A stretch of 60,231 nt of DNA from Gaiellaceae bacterium (GCA_036555085.1 DATBMD010000225.1:1-60231), one strand, 5' to 3'; shown: positions 1 through 11,366, counted from the first letter of the stretch. Notes: generated by a model from the sequence alone, not told the origin. Program-made: numbers and translations.

Positions 1-1
1 G

Positions 2-220
2 CGCTGGGACGAGGCGGACTACGTCGTCGTCACCGCCGGCCAGTTCGACGTCCTGGTCGAGGTGGTCTGCGCCGACCGGCGAGAGCTGCTCGACGTCACG
101 AACCGGATCCGGGCGCTCGACCACGTCGTCTCGACCGAGACATTCCTCTACCTGGAGCTCTGGAAGCAGCTCTACGACTGGGGCGCGCGGGTGCACGAGC
201 CGGCCCGAGGTGTCGCATGA
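2..220 (+). CDS. Lrp/AsnC-family transcriptional regulator, C-terminal part (5' end lies outside the window)
   Basis: Frame 2 reads RWDEADYVVVTAGQFDVLVEVVCADRRELLDVTNRIRALDHVVSTETFLYL...* , which resembles the AsnC ligand-binding domain. It lies upstream of a polyamine operon. Confidence 0.8.
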   Translation, partial: RWDEADYVVVTAGQFDVLVEVVCADRRELLDVTNRIRALDHVVSTETFLYLELWKQLYDWGARVHEPARGVA

Positions 221-1307
221 GGCACTCGTGAGCTCGGTCCCTCCCGACGTGCGGCTGGAGAAGGTGGTGAAGCGCTTCGACGACATGGTCGCGGTCGACG
301 GCATCTCGCTCGAGATCCCGCGCGGCTCCTTCTTCGCGCTGCTCGGGCCCTCGGGCTGCGGCAAGACGACGACGCTACGGATGATCGGCGGCTTCGACGA
401 GCCGACCGAGGGCGTGATCGAGCTTGCCGGCGTCGACGTCGTCGGCCTGCCGCCGTACAAGCGCGACGTCAACACCGTGTTCCAGAGCTACGCGCTCTTC
501 CCGCACATGACGATCTTCGACAACGTCGCGTTCGGGCTCGAGCGCCGCGGCGTGCCGAAGGGCGAGATCAAGGGGCGCGTGGTCGAGATGCTCGAGCTCG
601 TCGACCTCGCGGGGCGCGAGAACCGGAAGCCGCGCCAGCTCTCCGGCGGCCAGCAGCAGCGGGTGGCGCTCGCACGGGCGCTCGTCAACAGCCCGCAGGT
701 GCTGCTGCTCGACGAGCCGCTGGGCGCGCTCGACCTCAAGCTCCGGAAGCAGATGCAGCTCGAGCTGAAGCGGATCCAGCACGAGGTCGGGATCACGTTC
801 GTCCACGTCACGCACGACCAGGAGGAGGCGATGACGATGGCCGACCAGATCGCCGTCATGAATCGCGGCCGGATCGAGCAGCTCGGCGGGCCGACGGAGC
901 TGTACGAGCGGCCGCAGACGGCGTTCGTCGCCGGCTTCCTCGGCACCTCGAACCTCCTGCCCGCCGTCGTCGACGGCGACGGCCGCGCCCACCTCGAGGA
1001 CGGCACCGAGGTGCGCCTGGACACGACCGGCGTGCAGGGGAAGGTGGCGGTCGGCGTCAGGCCGGAGAAGGTCCGCCTCGGCGACGCGCGCGAAGGCGAG
1101 AACCGGCTGAGCGGGACGGTCCGCGAGAGCGCGTACATCGGGGTCGCCACCCAGGTCGTCGTGAGCACCGCCGCCGGCGACCTGACCGTGTTCCACCAGA
1201 ACGCCGAGGCAGGCGGCGTCATCCCGGCGGGCGGCTCCCCCGTCACCGTCAGCTGGAGCCCCGAGGCCACGTTCGTCGTCGATCGCGAGGAGGAAACGAC
1301 CCCATGA
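210..1307 (+). CDS. potA: Spermidine/putrescine ABC transporter ATP-binding subunit
   Basis: Walker [17 protein letters not shown] signature, [11 protein letters not shown] and C-terminal TOBE-like region. The exact start codon is uncertain. Confidence 0.9.
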   Translation: MSHEALVSSVPPDVRLEKVVKRFDDMVAVDGISLEIPRGSFFALLGPSGCGKTTTLRMIGGFDEPTEGVIELAGVDVVGLPPYKRDVNTVFQSYALFPHMTIFDNVAFGLERRGVPKGEIKGRVVEMLELVDLAGRENRKPRQLSGGQQQRVALARALVNSPQVLLLDEPLGALDLKLRKQMQLELKRIQHEVGITFVHVTHDQEEAMTMADQIAVMNRGRIEQLGGPTELYERPQTAFVAGFLGTSNLLPAVVDGDGRAHLEDGTEVRLDTTGVQGKVAVGVRPEKVRLGDAREGENRLSGTVRESAYIGVATQVVVSTAAGDLTVFHQNAEAGGVIPAGGSPVTVSWSPEATFVVDREEETTP

Positions 1308-2452
1308 ACCGTACGCTCACCCGGCGCCAGCTCGTGCAGCGCGGAGCCGCCGGCCTCACCGTGCTCTCCCTGCCGGGCCTGCTCGCCGCCTGCGGCGGCG
1401 GCGGGGACGGCGGTGGCGGCGGCGGCGAGGTGGCCGACACGCTGCGCTTCTCCAACTGGCCGCTCTACATCGACTTCGTCGAGGAGACGAAGGAGCGGCC
1501 GACGCTGAACCAGTTCACCGAGGAGACCGGGATCGCGGTCGAGTACTTCGAGGACATCAACGACAACGCCCAGTACTTCGGGAAGATCCAGGGCCCGCTC
1601 TCGCAGGGCCGGGGGATCGACCGCGACATCATCGTGCTGACCGACAACTCTCGGTTCCCGGGCCTGATGGTCGGCCAGGGCTGGCTGGAGGAGCTCGACA
1701 AGGACCTGATCCCGAACATCGAGAACCTCGTCGACGCGCAGGCCTCGCCGCCGTTCGACCCCGACCGCACCTACTCGCTGCCGTGGCAGTCCGGCATGAC
1801 AGGGATCGCCTGGAACGAGGACGTCACCGGCCCCGTCACCTCGGTCCAGCAGCTGCTGGAGGACCCGAAGCTCAAGGGCAAGGTGACGATGCTGTTCGAG
1901 CTGGCGGACTCGGTCGGGCTCGTGATGCTCCAGAACGGCGACGACCCCTCGGAGGTCACGCCCGAGAGCTTCGACAAGGCGGTCTCCACGATCCAGTCCG
2001 CGGTCGACTCCGGCCAGGTCCGGCGCTTCACGGGCAACGACTACGCCGCGCCGCTGGCGAACGGCGACCTCGCGGCGGCCTTCGCCTGGTCGGGCGACGT
2101 CGTCCAGCTGGTCGTGGACAACCCCAATCTCAAGTGGGCGGTCCCGGAGTCCGGGGGGATGATCTGGACCGACAACATGCTGATCCCGAAGGACGGGAGC
2201 GCGGCGACGGCTTCCACCTACATGAACTTCGTCTACGAGCCCGCCGTGGCGGCCAAGATCGCCGCCTACATCAACTACGTGACGCCGGTGAAGGGCGCGA
2301 AGGAGGAGCTCGCGAAGACCGACCCGGAGACCGCGAACAACCAGCTGATCTTCCCGGACGACGAGACGCTCTCGCAGGTGCACCAGTACGACTCGGAGGC
2401 GCTCAACAACGAGGAGTTCAGCCAGAAGTGGGCGGAGGTCGTCGGGGCCTGA
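1304..2452 (+). CDS. potD: Polyamine ABC transporter substrate-binding lipoprotein (Tat-type signal)
   Basis: TRRQLV twin-arginine signal, LAAC lipobox, and [14 protein letters not shown] and WTDNMLIP motifs. Confidence 0.88.
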   Translation: MNRTLTRRQLVQRGAAGLTVLSLPGLLAACGGGGDGGGGGGEVADTLRFSNWPLYIDFVEETKERPTLNQFTEETGIAVEYFEDINDNAQYFGKIQGPLSQGRGIDRDIIVLTDNSRFPGLMVGQGWLEELDKDLIPNIENLVDAQASPPFDPDRTYSLPWQSGMTGIAWNEDVTGPVTSVQQLLEDPKLKGKVTMLFELADSVGLVMLQNGDDPSEVTPESFDKAVSTIQSAVDSGQVRRFTGNDYAAPLANGDLAAAFAWSGDVVQLVVDNPNLKWAVPESGGMIWTDNMLIPKDGSAATASTYMNFVYEPAVAAKIAAYINYVTPVKGAKEELAKTDPETANNQLIFPDDETLSQVHQYDSEALNNEEFSQKWAEVVGA

Positions 2453-2479
2453 GGCTGCCGCGACCGGGTTGCGCGCCGC

Positions 2480-3340
2480 GTGACGTTCCTCCACCGCCAC
2501 CGCTGGGCCACGCCGTATCTCCTGCTGCTGCCGGGGATCGCCTGGCTGGCGGCGTTCTTCGTCGTCCCGCTCGGATACCTCCTCTACCAGTCCCTCCAGT
2601 CCGGCTCGATCCTGACCGGCGGCTACGAGTTCACCTGGCAGTTCTCGAACTACTGGGACGCGATCTCCACCTACGACGCGCAGTTCCTCCGCTCGTTCCT
2701 GTACGCCGGCATCGCCACCACGGCGGCGCTGCTGATCAGCTACCCGCTCGTCTACTGGATCGCGTTCCGCGCCGGCCGCTGGCGCAACCTCGCGCTGCTC
2801 GTGATCGTCGCGCCGTTCTTCGTCACCTATCTCGTCCGGACGCTCGCGTGGCTCAACATCCTCGCCGACGAGGGGCCGGTGGTCGGCGCGCTCCGGACGC
2901 TCCAGGTCCTGGACGACGACGGACGGCTGCTCGCGACGACGTTCGCCGTCGTCGCGGGGATCACCTACAACTTCCTGCCCTTCATGGCGCTGCCGCTCTA
3001 CGTCTCGCTCGAGCAGCTCGACCCGCGCCTCTTGGAGGCGGCCAAGGATCTCTACGCGAGCCCGGTGCACGCGTTCCTCCGGGTGACACTGCCGCTCTCC
3101 GCTCCGGGGATCGTCGCCGGGACCCTGCTCACGTTCATCCCGGCGGCGGGGGACTTCATCAACGCTGCGCTCCTCGGGACGCCGCGTCAGTCGATGATCG
3201 GCAACGTGATCCAGAACCGCTTCCTCGAGCAGGTCGACTACCCGACCGCGGCCGCGCTCTCGTTCATCCTGATGGCCCTGATCCTCGTCGCGCTGCTCGT
3301 CTACGCACGCGCGGTGGGAACGGAGCGGCTGACCGGATGA
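2480..3340 (+). CDS. potB: Polyamine ABC transporter permease
   Basis: Multiple transmembrane segments, EAA loop ([11 protein letters not shown]) and operon position. Confidence 0.88.
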   Translation: MTFLHRHRWATPYLLLLPGIAWLAAFFVVPLGYLLYQSLQSGSILTGGYEFTWQFSNYWDAISTYDAQFLRSFLYAGIATTAALLISYPLVYWIAFRAGRWRNLALLVIVAPFFVTYLVRTLAWLNILADEGPVVGALRTLQVLDDDGRLLATTFAVVAGITYNFLPFMALPLYVSLEQLDPRLLEAAKDLYASPVHAFLRVTLPLSAPGIVAGTLLTFIPAAGDFINAALLGTPRQSMIGNVIQNRFLEQVDYPTAAALSFILMALILVALLVYARAVGTERLTG

Positions 3341-4146
3341 GATTCGTCAAGCGCCACGCGTTGACGGCGTACGCGCTGCTCGCGTTCGCCTACCTGCTGC
3401 TGCCCATCGCCGTCGTGATCATGTTCTCGTTCAACGCGCCCGAGGGGCGCTTCAACTTCGTCTGGCAGGGCTTCACGCTCGACAACTGGTGGAACTGGGA
3501 CGCCGTCCCCGGGATTCGCCACTCGCTGGTGACCTCGCTCGAGGTCGCCGTCGTCTCGACGATCGTGGCGACGACGCTGGGGACGCTGATCGCCCTGGCG
3601 ATCGTGCGGCACCGGTTCCGGGGCCGCGGGGCGACGAACATGCTCGTGTTCCTGCCCATGTCGACGCCGGAGATCGTGCTCGGCGCCTCGCTGCTGACGC
3701 TGTTCCTGCAGAGCCGGGTGGCGACCGGCTTCCTGACGATCTTCATCGCGCACGTGATGTTCGTGGTCAGCTACATCGTCGTCACCGTCAAGGCCCGGCT
3801 GATCGGCTTCGACCGCTATCTCGAGGAGGCGGCGATGGACCTCGGCGCGAACGAGTGGACGACGTTCCGGAAGGTGACCCTGCCGCTGCTGGCGCCGGCG
3901 ATCCTGAGCGCCGCGCTGCTCGGCTTCGCACTGTCGCTCGACGACTTCGTGATCACCTACTTCGTCTCGGGCTCCGAGACGACGTTCCCGCTCTTCGTGT
4001 GGGGCGCGGCGCGCGTCGCCGTCCCGCCGCAGGTGAACGTCATCGCGTCGGCGATCTTCGTGATCGCGATCGTGATCATGATCGTCAACGTCCTCTGGCA
4101 GTACCGGGGCGAGCGGCGCCGTGCGGCCGAGGCGGCTGCCGCGTGA
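3337..4146 (+). CDS. potC: Polyamine ABC transporter permease
   Basis: ATG 3337 overlaps the upstream stop (ATGA). Contains [10 protein letters not shown] and SLDDFVIT motifs. It is the 3' part of track ORF 1783..4146. Confidence 0.88.
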   Translation: MRFVKRHALTAYALLAFAYLLLPIAVVIMFSFNAPEGRFNFVWQGFTLDNWWNWDAVPGIRHSLVTSLEVAVVSTIVATTLGTLIALAIVRHRFRGRGATNMLVFLPMSTPEIVLGASLLTLFLQSRVATGFLTIFIAHVMFVVSYIVVTVKARLIGFDRYLEEAAMDLGANEWTTFRKVTLPLLAPAILSAALLGFALSLDDFVITYFVSGSETTFPLFVWGAARVAVPPQVNVIASAIFVIAIVIMIVNVLWQYRGERRRAAEAAAA

Positions 4147-5585
4147 CCGCGACGGTCGAGCTCGAGCAGCTGGCGCGCGACCATCTCTGGCTCCACTTCA
4201 CGCGCATGGGCGGGTCGGGCCGCGACGTCCCGATCATCGTCCGCGGCGAGGGCTGCCATCTGTGGGACGCGCAGGGCAAGCGGTACATCGACGGGCTCGC
4301 GGGGCTCTACAGCGTCAACGTCGGCTACTCGTACGGCGAGGAGATCGGCCGGGCGGCGCTCGCGCAGATGCGCGAGCTGCCCTTCTACACGAACTGGTCG
4401 CACTCGCACCCGCGCGCGATCGAGCTCGCAGCCGAGGTGGCGGCCCTGGCGCCGGGCGACCTCGAGCGGGTCTTCTTCGTCTCCGGCGGCTCGGAGGCCG
4501 TGGAGTCCGCCTGGAAGCTGGCCCGCCAGCACTACCTGGCGCGCGGCGGCAAGCACCGCGCGGCGCTCGCTTCCGAGCCGGAGGTGATCCACGACGCGCT
4601 GGTCGCCGCGACCGAGCAGCGCCCGCACCGGTACAAGGCGATCGCGCGGCACGTCGCCTACCACGGCACCACCTTCGGCGCTCTGGCCCTGAACGGCATC
4701 CCGGCGATCCGCATGCCGTTCGAGCCCCTGGTGCCCGAGGTCCGGCACGTTCGCAACACGAACCGCTACCGCCGGCCGGCGGGCGAGACCGAGGCGGACT
4801 TCACCGCGTTCCTGCTCGACGACCTCGAGCAGGCGATCCTGGCGATGGGGCCCGAGACCGTCTGCCTCGTGCACATGGAGCCGGTCCAGAACGGCGGCGG
4901 CTGCTTCACGCCGCCGGTCGGCTACTGGCAGGGCGTGCGCGCGCTCTGCGACCGCTACGACATCCTGCTCTCGGCCGACGAGGTGATCACCGCGTTCGGC
5001 CGGCTCGGCCACTGGTTCGCCTCGGAGCGCTACGACATCCGCCCGGACATCGTCACCTGCGCGAAGGGGCTCTCGTCGTCCTACGCCGCGATCGGCGCGG
5101 TGGTCGCGACCGAGCGCGTGATGGAGCCGTTCCTCGAGGACACCGCGATGTGGTCGCACGGCATCACCTTCGGCGGCCACCCGGTCATGTGCGCGATCGC
5201 GCTGAAGAACATCGAGATCATGAAGCGGGACGGGATCGTCGAGCACGTCCGCGCGACGCAGGACGTGTTCCGCGAGAAGCTGGCGACCCTGCTGGACCTG
5301 CCGATCGTCGGCGACCTGCGCGGGACGGGCTTCTTCTACGCGCTGGAGCTGGTCAAGGACGCCGAGACGAAGCGGACGTTCGACGACGACGAGTGCGAGC
5401 GGCTGCTGCGGGGTGTGGTGTCGCCGGCGCTCTTCGAGGCCGGGCTGATCTGCCGGACGGACGATCGCGGCGATCCGGTCGTCCAGATCTCGCCGCCGCT
5501 CGTCGCCGGCGAGCCGGAGATGGACGAGATCGTCGGCATCCTCGGCGAGGTGCTTGCCGACGCCGGCCGGCACGTCGCAGCCTGA
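4143..5585 (+). CDS. Class III (omega-amine) PLP aminotransferase, probably polyamine catabolism
   Basis: GTGA overlap start. Motifs HLWLHFT, SGGSEAVE, AYHG, ADEVITAFGRLG and CAKG (PLP lysine). Confidence 0.88.
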   Translation: MTATVELEQLARDHLWLHFTRMGGSGRDVPIIVRGEGCHLWDAQGKRYIDGLAGLYSVNVGYSYGEEIGRAALAQMRELPFYTNWSHSHPRAIELAAEVAALAPGDLERVFFVSGGSEAVESAWKLARQHYLARGGKHRAALASEPEVIHDALVAATEQRPHRYKAIARHVAYHGTTFGALALNGIPAIRMPFEPLVPEVRHVRNTNRYRRPAGETEADFTAFLLDDLEQAILAMGPETVCLVHMEPVQNGGGCFTPPVGYWQGVRALCDRYDILLSADEVITAFGRLGHWFASERYDIRPDIVTCAKGLSSSYAAIGAVVATERVMEPFLEDTAMWSHGITFGGHPVMCAIALKNIEIMKRDGIVEHVRATQDVFREKLATLLDLPIVGDLRGTGFFYALELVKDAETKRTFDDDECERLLRGVVSPALFEAGLICRTDDRGDPVVQISPPLVAGEPEMDEIVGILGEVLADAGRHVAA

Positions 5586-5706
5586 TCGTTCACGGCTCGA
5601 CACCGCCACTGGGTGCCGGGTGCGCATGTGTACGGTTACCCGCACTGCGGGAACGGTCCCGCACGGGCAGTCTGGCCCGAGACAGGGATCCGACCGAGGA
5701 GGATGG

Positions 5707-6453
5707 ATGGAGAGCGGAGGCGAGAACGGCGCCGTCATCATCGCCAGCGAGCTGACGCGCCGCTACGGCGCGGGCGACACGGCGGTCGACGCGCTCCGCG
5801 GGGTGTCCGTCGACGTCCCGGCCGGCGAGCTGACCGCGGTGATGGGGCCGTCGGGCTCGGGGAAGTCGACGCTGATGCACATCCTGGCGGGGCTGGACAA
5901 GCCGACCTCGGGATCCGTCGCGATCGGCGGGACCGAGCTGACCACGCTCGACGACAATCAGCTCACCAAGCTGCGCCGACAGCACATCGGCTTCGTCTTC
6001 CAGTTCTTCAACCTGCTACCCATGCTCGACGCGGAGGAGAACATCAAGCTGCCGCTCTCGATCGCCGGCGAGAAGGTCGAGGACGGTTGGTTCAAGGAGC
6101 TGATCGGCTCAGTCGGGCTCGGCGACCGGCTCTCGCATCGGCCGGCCGAGCTCTCGGGCGGCCAGCAGCAGCGCGTCGCGATCGCGCGCGCGCTCGTCTC
6201 GCGTCCGACCGTGCTCTTCGCCGACGAGCCGACGGGAAACCTCGACTCGAAGACCGGCGGCGAGATCCTCGAGCTGCTGCGCCACTCCGTGCAGGACCTG
6301 GGCCAGACGATCGTGATGGTCACGCACGAGCCGCGCGCCGCGGCGATCGCCGACCGCGTGCTGTTCCTCGCGGACGGCCTGATCGTCCGCCAGTCCGAGG
6401 GCGCGTCGGCGCACGAGATCGTGGAGGCGATGGAGGAGATCGGCGCCGAATGA
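5707..6453 (+). CDS. ABC exporter ATP-binding protein (LolD/MacB-like)
   Basis: [16 protein letters not shown] and ADEPTGNLD motifs. GGAGG ribosome-binding site upstream of ATG 5707. Confidence 0.9.
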   Translation: MESGGENGAVIIASELTRRYGAGDTAVDALRGVSVDVPAGELTAVMGPSGSGKSTLMHILAGLDKPTSGSVAIGGTELTTLDDNQLTKLRRQHIGFVFQFFNLLPMLDAEENIKLPLSIAGEKVEDGWFKELIGSVGLGDRLSHRPAELSGGQQQRVAIARALVSRPTVLFADEPTGNLDSKTGGEILELLRHSVQDLGQTIVMVTHEPRAAAIADRVLFLADGLIVRQSEGASAHEIVEAMEEIGAE

Positions 6454-9011
6454 TCCGCTTCACCTTCGGCGGGCTGCTCACGCGCAAGCTGAGAACCGTC
6501 CTGACGGCGCTCGCGATCGTGCTGGGCGTCGTCATGATCAGCGGCACCTACGTCCTCACCGACTCGATCGACGACGCGTTCGACGAGATCTTCACGGAGG
6601 CGCGCCAGGGCTCCGACGTCGTCATCAGCGGCAAGTCGGCCTTCGACCTCACCGAGGGCAGCGGCGTCGCCGAGCCGAGCTTCGACGAGTCGCTGCTGCC
6701 GGAGGTGCAGGCGCTGCCGGGCGTCGCGCTGGCCGAGGGGACCGTCGACAGCGAGTCCACGTCCCTGATCGACGAGGACGGCGACGCGATCGTCTTCGGC
6801 GGTGCCCCCAACCTCGGCTTCGCGATCCCGAACGGTGACTCGCCGTTCAACCCGCTGACGCTCACCGCCGGCGCCTGGCCCGGCCCGGACGAGGTCGTCA
6901 TCGACGCGGACACCGCCGACAAGAAAGACTTCGCCGTCGGCGACCAGATCGGAGTCCAGGTCGAGGGCCCCATCGAGCGGCTCCGCATCTCGGGCCTCGT
7001 CGAGTTCGGCTCCAGCGGGCTCTCGATCGGAGGCGCCACGCTCGCCGGCTTCGACCTGCCGACCGCCCAGCGCCTGTTCCGCAAGGAGGGCAAGCTCGAC
7101 GAGATCGCCATCGCAGCGAAGCCGGGCGTCTCCAACCAGCAGCTGCTGGGTGAAGTCGAGGAGATCCTCCCGCCGGAGACCCAGGCTCGGACCGCCACTG
7201 AGCAGGCCAGCGAGGACGCCGAGGAGACGAACGAGTTCATCACCTTCCTGCAGGGCTTCCTGCTCGCCTTCGCCGGCATCGCGCTCTTCGTCGGCTCGTT
7301 CGTGATCGCGAACTCGCTCTCGATCACCATCGCCCAGCGCACGCGCGAGTTCGCCACGCTGCGGACGCTCGGAGCCTCCCGGCGACAGGTGCTCGGCTCG
7401 ATCATCCTCGAGGCGCTCGTGGTCGGGATCGTCGCGTCGCTGATCGGGCTCGTCCTGGGACTACTGCTCGCCAAGGGCCTGTTCTGGCTGTTCGACGCCG
7501 TCGGCTTCACGCTGCCGAACACCGGCCTGGTCTTCGAGACCCGGACGATCGTCGTCTCGCTCCTCGTCGGCATTCTCGTCACGCTGGTCGCCAGCCTGCG
7601 GCCGGCGCTGCGCGCGACGCGCGTCCCGCCGATCGCGGCGGTGCGCGAGGGTGCGACGCTGCCCGAGGGCCGGTTCGCGCGCTTCCGGGGCATCGGCGCA
7701 GCGCTCACGGCGATCGCAGGCTTCGCAGCGCTTCTCTACGGGCTGTTCGGCAGCGGGCTGGGCACGACTCAGGTGCTCCTCTGGATGGGGCTCGGCGCTC
7801 TGCTCATCTTCCTCGGCGTGGCGCTGTTCTCGTCACGGCTCGTGCGTCCGCTCGCTCAGGTGCTCGGCTGGCCGGCGACGAAGATCGGCGGCGCCGCGGG
7901 TCTCCTCGCCCGGGACAATGCGCGCCGCAACACCCAGCGGACCGCATCGACAGCCGCTGCGCTCATGATCGGGCTCGCGCTCGTCACGCTCGTGGCGACG
8001 CTGGCCGCCGGTATCGTCAACACCTTCAAGGGGGCGGTGAACGACCTCTTCACCGGCGACTACGCGATCACCGCGCAGAACAACTTCTCGCCGATCCCGA
8101 TCGACGCCGCGGAGGCGGCGGCGAAGGCGCCGGGCGTCACCTCCGTCGGCAACGTCCGCACCGGGGAGGCGCGTATCTTCGACCAGACCGAGTTCACCAC
8201 CGCCGTCGACCCCGGCATGAGGGACGTCATCTCGATGGACTGGGTGGAGGGCTCGCAGGACGTCCTCGCCACGCTCGGCGACGACGGCGCGTTCGTCGAC
8301 GACGGCTTCGCCGACGACCACGATCTGCAGACCGGGTCGACCGTCACAGTGACCTTCCCGAACGGGAACACGCGCACCTTCACGATCAAGGGCGTCTTCG
8401 ATCCTCCGACGGGAGGCTCGCCGTTCGGGCCGGTCACGATCTCGGCCGCGACGTGGGACGCGGAGGTACCCCGCCCGCGCAACCTCTACTCGTTCGTGAA
8501 GATGAGTGGAGGGGAGAGCGAGGCCAACCAGGCAGTGCTCGACGACGCGCTCGCGGACTTCCCGAACGCCAAGGCGCAAGATCGGCAGGCCTTCATCGAC
8601 AACCAGATCTCCGGCCTCAGCTCCGTGCTCAACATCCTCTACGTCCTGCTCGCGCTGTCCGTGATCGTCAGCCTGTTCGGGATCGTGAACACGCTCGTGC
8701 TCACCGTCTTCGAGCGGACGCGTGAGATCGGCATGCTGCGCGCGATCGGGATGACGCGGCGTCAGGTGCGGCGGATGATCCGGCACGAGAGCGTGATCAC
8801 AGCGCTGATCGGAGCGGCGATCGGGATCGTGCTCGGAATCGTGCTCGCCGCCCTGCTGATCGCGCGCGTCGACTTCATCGACTTCAGCCTGCCGGTGGCG
8901 CAGCTCGTCGTGTTCGCGATCGCGGCGATCCTCGTCGGGATCATCGCCGCCATCTTCCCGGCGCGGAGAGCGGCGAAGCTCAACCCGCTCGAGGCGCTGC
9001 AGTACGAGTAG
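6450..9011 (+). CDS. FtsX/MacB-family ABC permease with two FtsX repeats
   Basis: ATGA overlap start (MIRFTFGG). QRTREFATLRTLGA and ERTREIGMLRAIG motifs, ending ARRAAKLNPLEAL. Confidence 0.9.
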   Translation: MIRFTFGGLLTRKLRTVLTALAIVLGVVMISGTYVLTDSIDDAFDEIFTEARQGSDVVISGKSAFDLTEGSGVAEPSFDESLLPEVQALPGVALAEGTVDSESTSLIDEDGDAIVFGGAPNLGFAIPNGDSPFNPLTLTAGAWPGPDEVVIDADTADKKDFAVGDQIGVQVEGPIERLRISGLVEFGSSGLSIGGATLAGFDLPTAQRLFRKEGKLDEIAIAAKPGVSNQQLLGEVEEILPPETQARTATEQASEDAEETNEFITFLQGFLLAFAGIALFVGSFVIANSLSITIAQRTREFATLRTLGASRRQVLGSIILEALVVGIVASLIGLVLGLLLAKGLFWLFDAVGFTLPNTGLVFETRTIVVSLLVGILVTLVASLRPALRATRVPPIAAVREGATLPEGRFARFRGIGAALTAIAGFAALLYGLFGSGLGTTQVLLWMGLGALLIFLGVALFSSRLVRPLAQVLGWPATKIGGAAGLLARDNARRNTQRTASTAAALMIGLALVTLVATLAAGIVNTFKGAVNDLFTGDYAITAQNNFSPIPIDAAEAAAKAPGVTSVGNVRTGEARIFDQTEFTTAVDPGMRDVISMDWVEGSQDVLATLGDDGAFVDDGFADDHDLQTGSTVTVTFPNGNTRTFTIKGVFDPPTGGSPFGPVTISAATWDAEVPRPRNLYSFVKMSGGESEANQAVLDDALADFPNAKAQDRQAFIDNQISGLSSVLNILYVLLALSVIVSLFGIVNTLVLTVFERTREIGMLRAIGMTRRQVRRMIRHESVITALIGAAIGIVLGIVLAALLIARVDFIDFSLPVAQLVVFAIAAILVGIIAAIFPARRAAKLNPLEALQYE

Positions 9012-9014
9012 GGC

Positions 9015-10214
9015 TCACGGCCCTGCCACGCCCTCCGCGCGGAGCGCGGCGACCTCCTCGTCGGAGTAGCCGGCCTCCGCGAGCACCTCGGCGGTGTGCT
9101 CGCCGACGTCAGGCGGCGGGCTCGCATGGAGAGCGCGCTCGCGGTCGAACGACAGCGGCAGCGCCGGCAGCCGCAGGTCTGCGATCCGGGGGTGCCGGAG
9201 GTGCTGCAGCAGGCCGAGCGCGTGCGTCTGTGGTGAGGCGAGGACGTCCGCGACGTCCGCCACGGGCGCGGCCGGCACGCCGGCGGCCGTCAGCCGCTGC
9301 CGCCAGTCCTCCGTGTCGCGCTCGGCGAGGCGCGGTGCCAGCTGGTCGTAGAGGGCGTCGCGGTTGGCGACCCGGGCCGGGTTCGTCGCGAAGCGCGGGT
9401 CGTCGGCGAGCTCCTCGCAGCCGAGCACGCCGCAGATCGCCGCGAAGAGGCGGTCGTTGCCGCCCGCGAGCATCAGCTCGCCGTCCCGGGTGGGGAAGAC
9501 CTGGTACGGCGCGACCATAGGGAAGCGGGTGCCCTGGCCGCGCGGGATCGTGCCGTCCGCGAGGTAGCCGACGAGGTGGTAGCCGATGTACGCGAGCGCG
9601 GTCTCGTAGAGAGACACGTCGACGACGGCGCCCGCGCCCGTCCGCTCGCGCTCGAGCAGCGCCGCGAGGATCCCGACCGCGGCCCAGATACCGGTGCCCA
9701 TGTCGATCAGCGACGCGCCGATCCGGACGCCCGGGCGCTCGGGCTCGCCGGTGATCGAGATCAGCCCGCCGGCGGCCTGCATGAGCGCGTCGTAGCCCGG
9801 CTCGCGCGCCAGCGGGCCGACGTGCCCGTACGCGCCGACCGAGCAGTAGACGAGCCGCGGGTTGAGCGTGCGCAGCGTCTCCGGTCCCAGGCCCAGCTCC
9901 TCGGCGAGGCCGGGGCGGAGGCTCTGCAAGAAGACGTCCGCCCGGCCGGCCAGTCGCAGCAGCGCCTCGCGTCCGCGCTCGTCGCGGAGCGAGAGGGCGA
10001 GGGAGCGCTTGCCGGCGTTCGCGGACAGGAAGATCGTCCCCTCGCCGTTCCAGAACGGCGGCCCCCAGGCGCGGCCGTCGTCGCCCGTGTCCGGCCGCTC
10101 GACCTTGACGACGTCGGCGCCGAGCGCCGCCAGCACCTGGGCGCAGTACGGCCCCGCGATCGACGTCGTCACGTCGAGCACGTGCATGCCCGCCAGCGGC
10201 CGGTGCTGCGTCAC
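9015..10214 (-). CDS. CaiB/BaiF family III CoA-transferase
   Basis: LGADVVKVE, NAGKRS, GYD and GEHT motifs. Confidence 0.9.
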   Translation of the reverse strand: MTQHRPLAGMHVLDVTTSIAGPYCAQVLAALGADVVKVERPDTGDDGRAWGPPFWNGEGTIFLSANAGKRSLALSLRDERGREALLRLAGRADVFLQSLRPGLAEELGLGPETLRTLNPRLVYCSVGAYGHVGPLAREPGYDALMQAAGGLISITGEPERPGVRIGASLIDMGTGIWAAVGILAALLERERTGAGAVVDVSLYETALAYIGYHLVGYLADGTIPRGQGTRFPMVAPYQVFPTRDGELMLAGGNDRLFAAICGVLGCEELADDPRFATNPARVANRDALYDQLAPRLAERDTEDWRQRLTAAGVPAAPVADVADVLASPQTHALGLLQHLRHPRIADLRLPALPLSFDRERALHASPPPDVGEHTAEVLAEAGYSDEEVAALRAEGVAGP

Positions 10215-10297
10215 CGGCCAATCATCGCGGTTGCCGCGCCGGCGGCGCGGGCCCGAGCGCCGTCGGGAACCGCGGCGCGCTCTGCGAGGATGACCGG

Positions 10298-10897
10298 GTG
10301 TTCGACCGCCTCGTCGACGCCGTCTCGGGCGCCTGGTGGAGCTACCCGGTCATCTTCCTCGTCGCGATGCTCGACGCCTTCTTCCCGATCGTGCCGAGCG
10401 AGACGCTCGCGATCACCGGCGGCGTCCTCGCCGGGTCGGGCGACCTGGAGCTCTGGCTCGTCATCCTCGCGGCGAGCACGGGCGCGATCGTCGGCGACAA
10501 CATCTCGTACTTCCTGGGCGCATGGGTCGGCGAGCACACCGTGAAGCGCCTCTTCCGGAGCGAGAAGGCGCATCGAGGCTTCGACTGGGCCGAGCGGCAG
10601 CTCGAGGAGCGCGGCGGCTACCTGATCGTGATCGCGCGGTTCATTCCCGGTGGGCGCACGGCGGTCACGTTCGCTTCGGGCTATACCCACGCGATGCCGT
10701 GGCGGCGCTTCATCGTCTACGACGTGATCGCGGGCGTCATCTGGGGCAGCTACACGACGCTGCTCGGCTACTTCGGCGGCAAGCAGTTCGAGGACCAGCC
10801 CTGGAAGGGGCTGCTGCTGGCGTTCGGGGTTGCCGTCGGAGTAGCCGTCCTGATCGAGGTGGTCAGGCACCTCCGGCAGCGCCGCGCGACCGCCTGA
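10298..10897 (+). CDS. DedA-family membrane protein
   Basis: PIVPSE, GDNISYFLG and ARFIPGGR motifs. Confidence 0.9.
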   Translation: MFDRLVDAVSGAWWSYPVIFLVAMLDAFFPIVPSETLAITGGVLAGSGDLELWLVILAASTGAIVGDNISYFLGAWVGEHTVKRLFRSEKAHRGFDWAERQLEERGGYLIVIARFIPGGRTAVTFASGYTHAMPWRRFIVYDVIAGVIWGSYTTLLGYFGGKQFEDQPWKGLLLAFGVAVGVAVLIEVVRHLRQRRATA

Positions 10898-10945
10898 GCC
10901 CGAGTTAGCATCGGGTCGTCCCCATCCCAGACAACGGAGGCACCC

Positions 10946-11338
10946 ATGTCAACGCAAGCACTTGCCGGCCGGCGCTCGGGCTGGTTGACGTTCGCCGCGG
11001 TCGTGATGTTCGCCGTCGCCGGAGTCCGGCTGATCTCCGGTATCGCGTTCCTCGCCGACAGCGCCAAGGTCGCCGACGTGTCGCAGGGCCTGTTCGGCGA
11101 CGACCTGTTCTGGTGGGGTCTCTGGGACCTGGGGATCGCCGCGCTGGCGCTCTACGCGGGCTGGTCGCTGCTCCAGAACAAGGAGTTCGGGCGCATCGCC
11201 GGCTACGTGTGGGCGATCGTCGTGATCATCCAGAGCTTCCTGTACATCAACTGGGCGCCGTGGTGGGCGTTCGGGACGATAGTGCTGGCGTCGCTCGTGA
11301 TCTACGGGCTGGCGATCACGGCCGACGAGGAGCGCTGA
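10946..11338 (+). CDS. Small four-TM actinobacterial membrane protein of unknown function
   Basis: GGAGG ribosome-binding site, four hydrophobic segments, SGWLTFAAV N-terminus. Confidence 0.75.
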   Translation: MSTQALAGRRSGWLTFAAVVMFAVAGVRLISGIAFLADSAKVADVSQGLFGDDLFWWGLWDLGIAALALYAGWSLLQNKEFGRIAGYVWAIVVIIQSFLYINWAPWWAFGTIVLASLVIYGLAITADEER

Positions 11339-11366
11339 CGCAGGCGGCTGCCGCCGGCAGGGCTCG

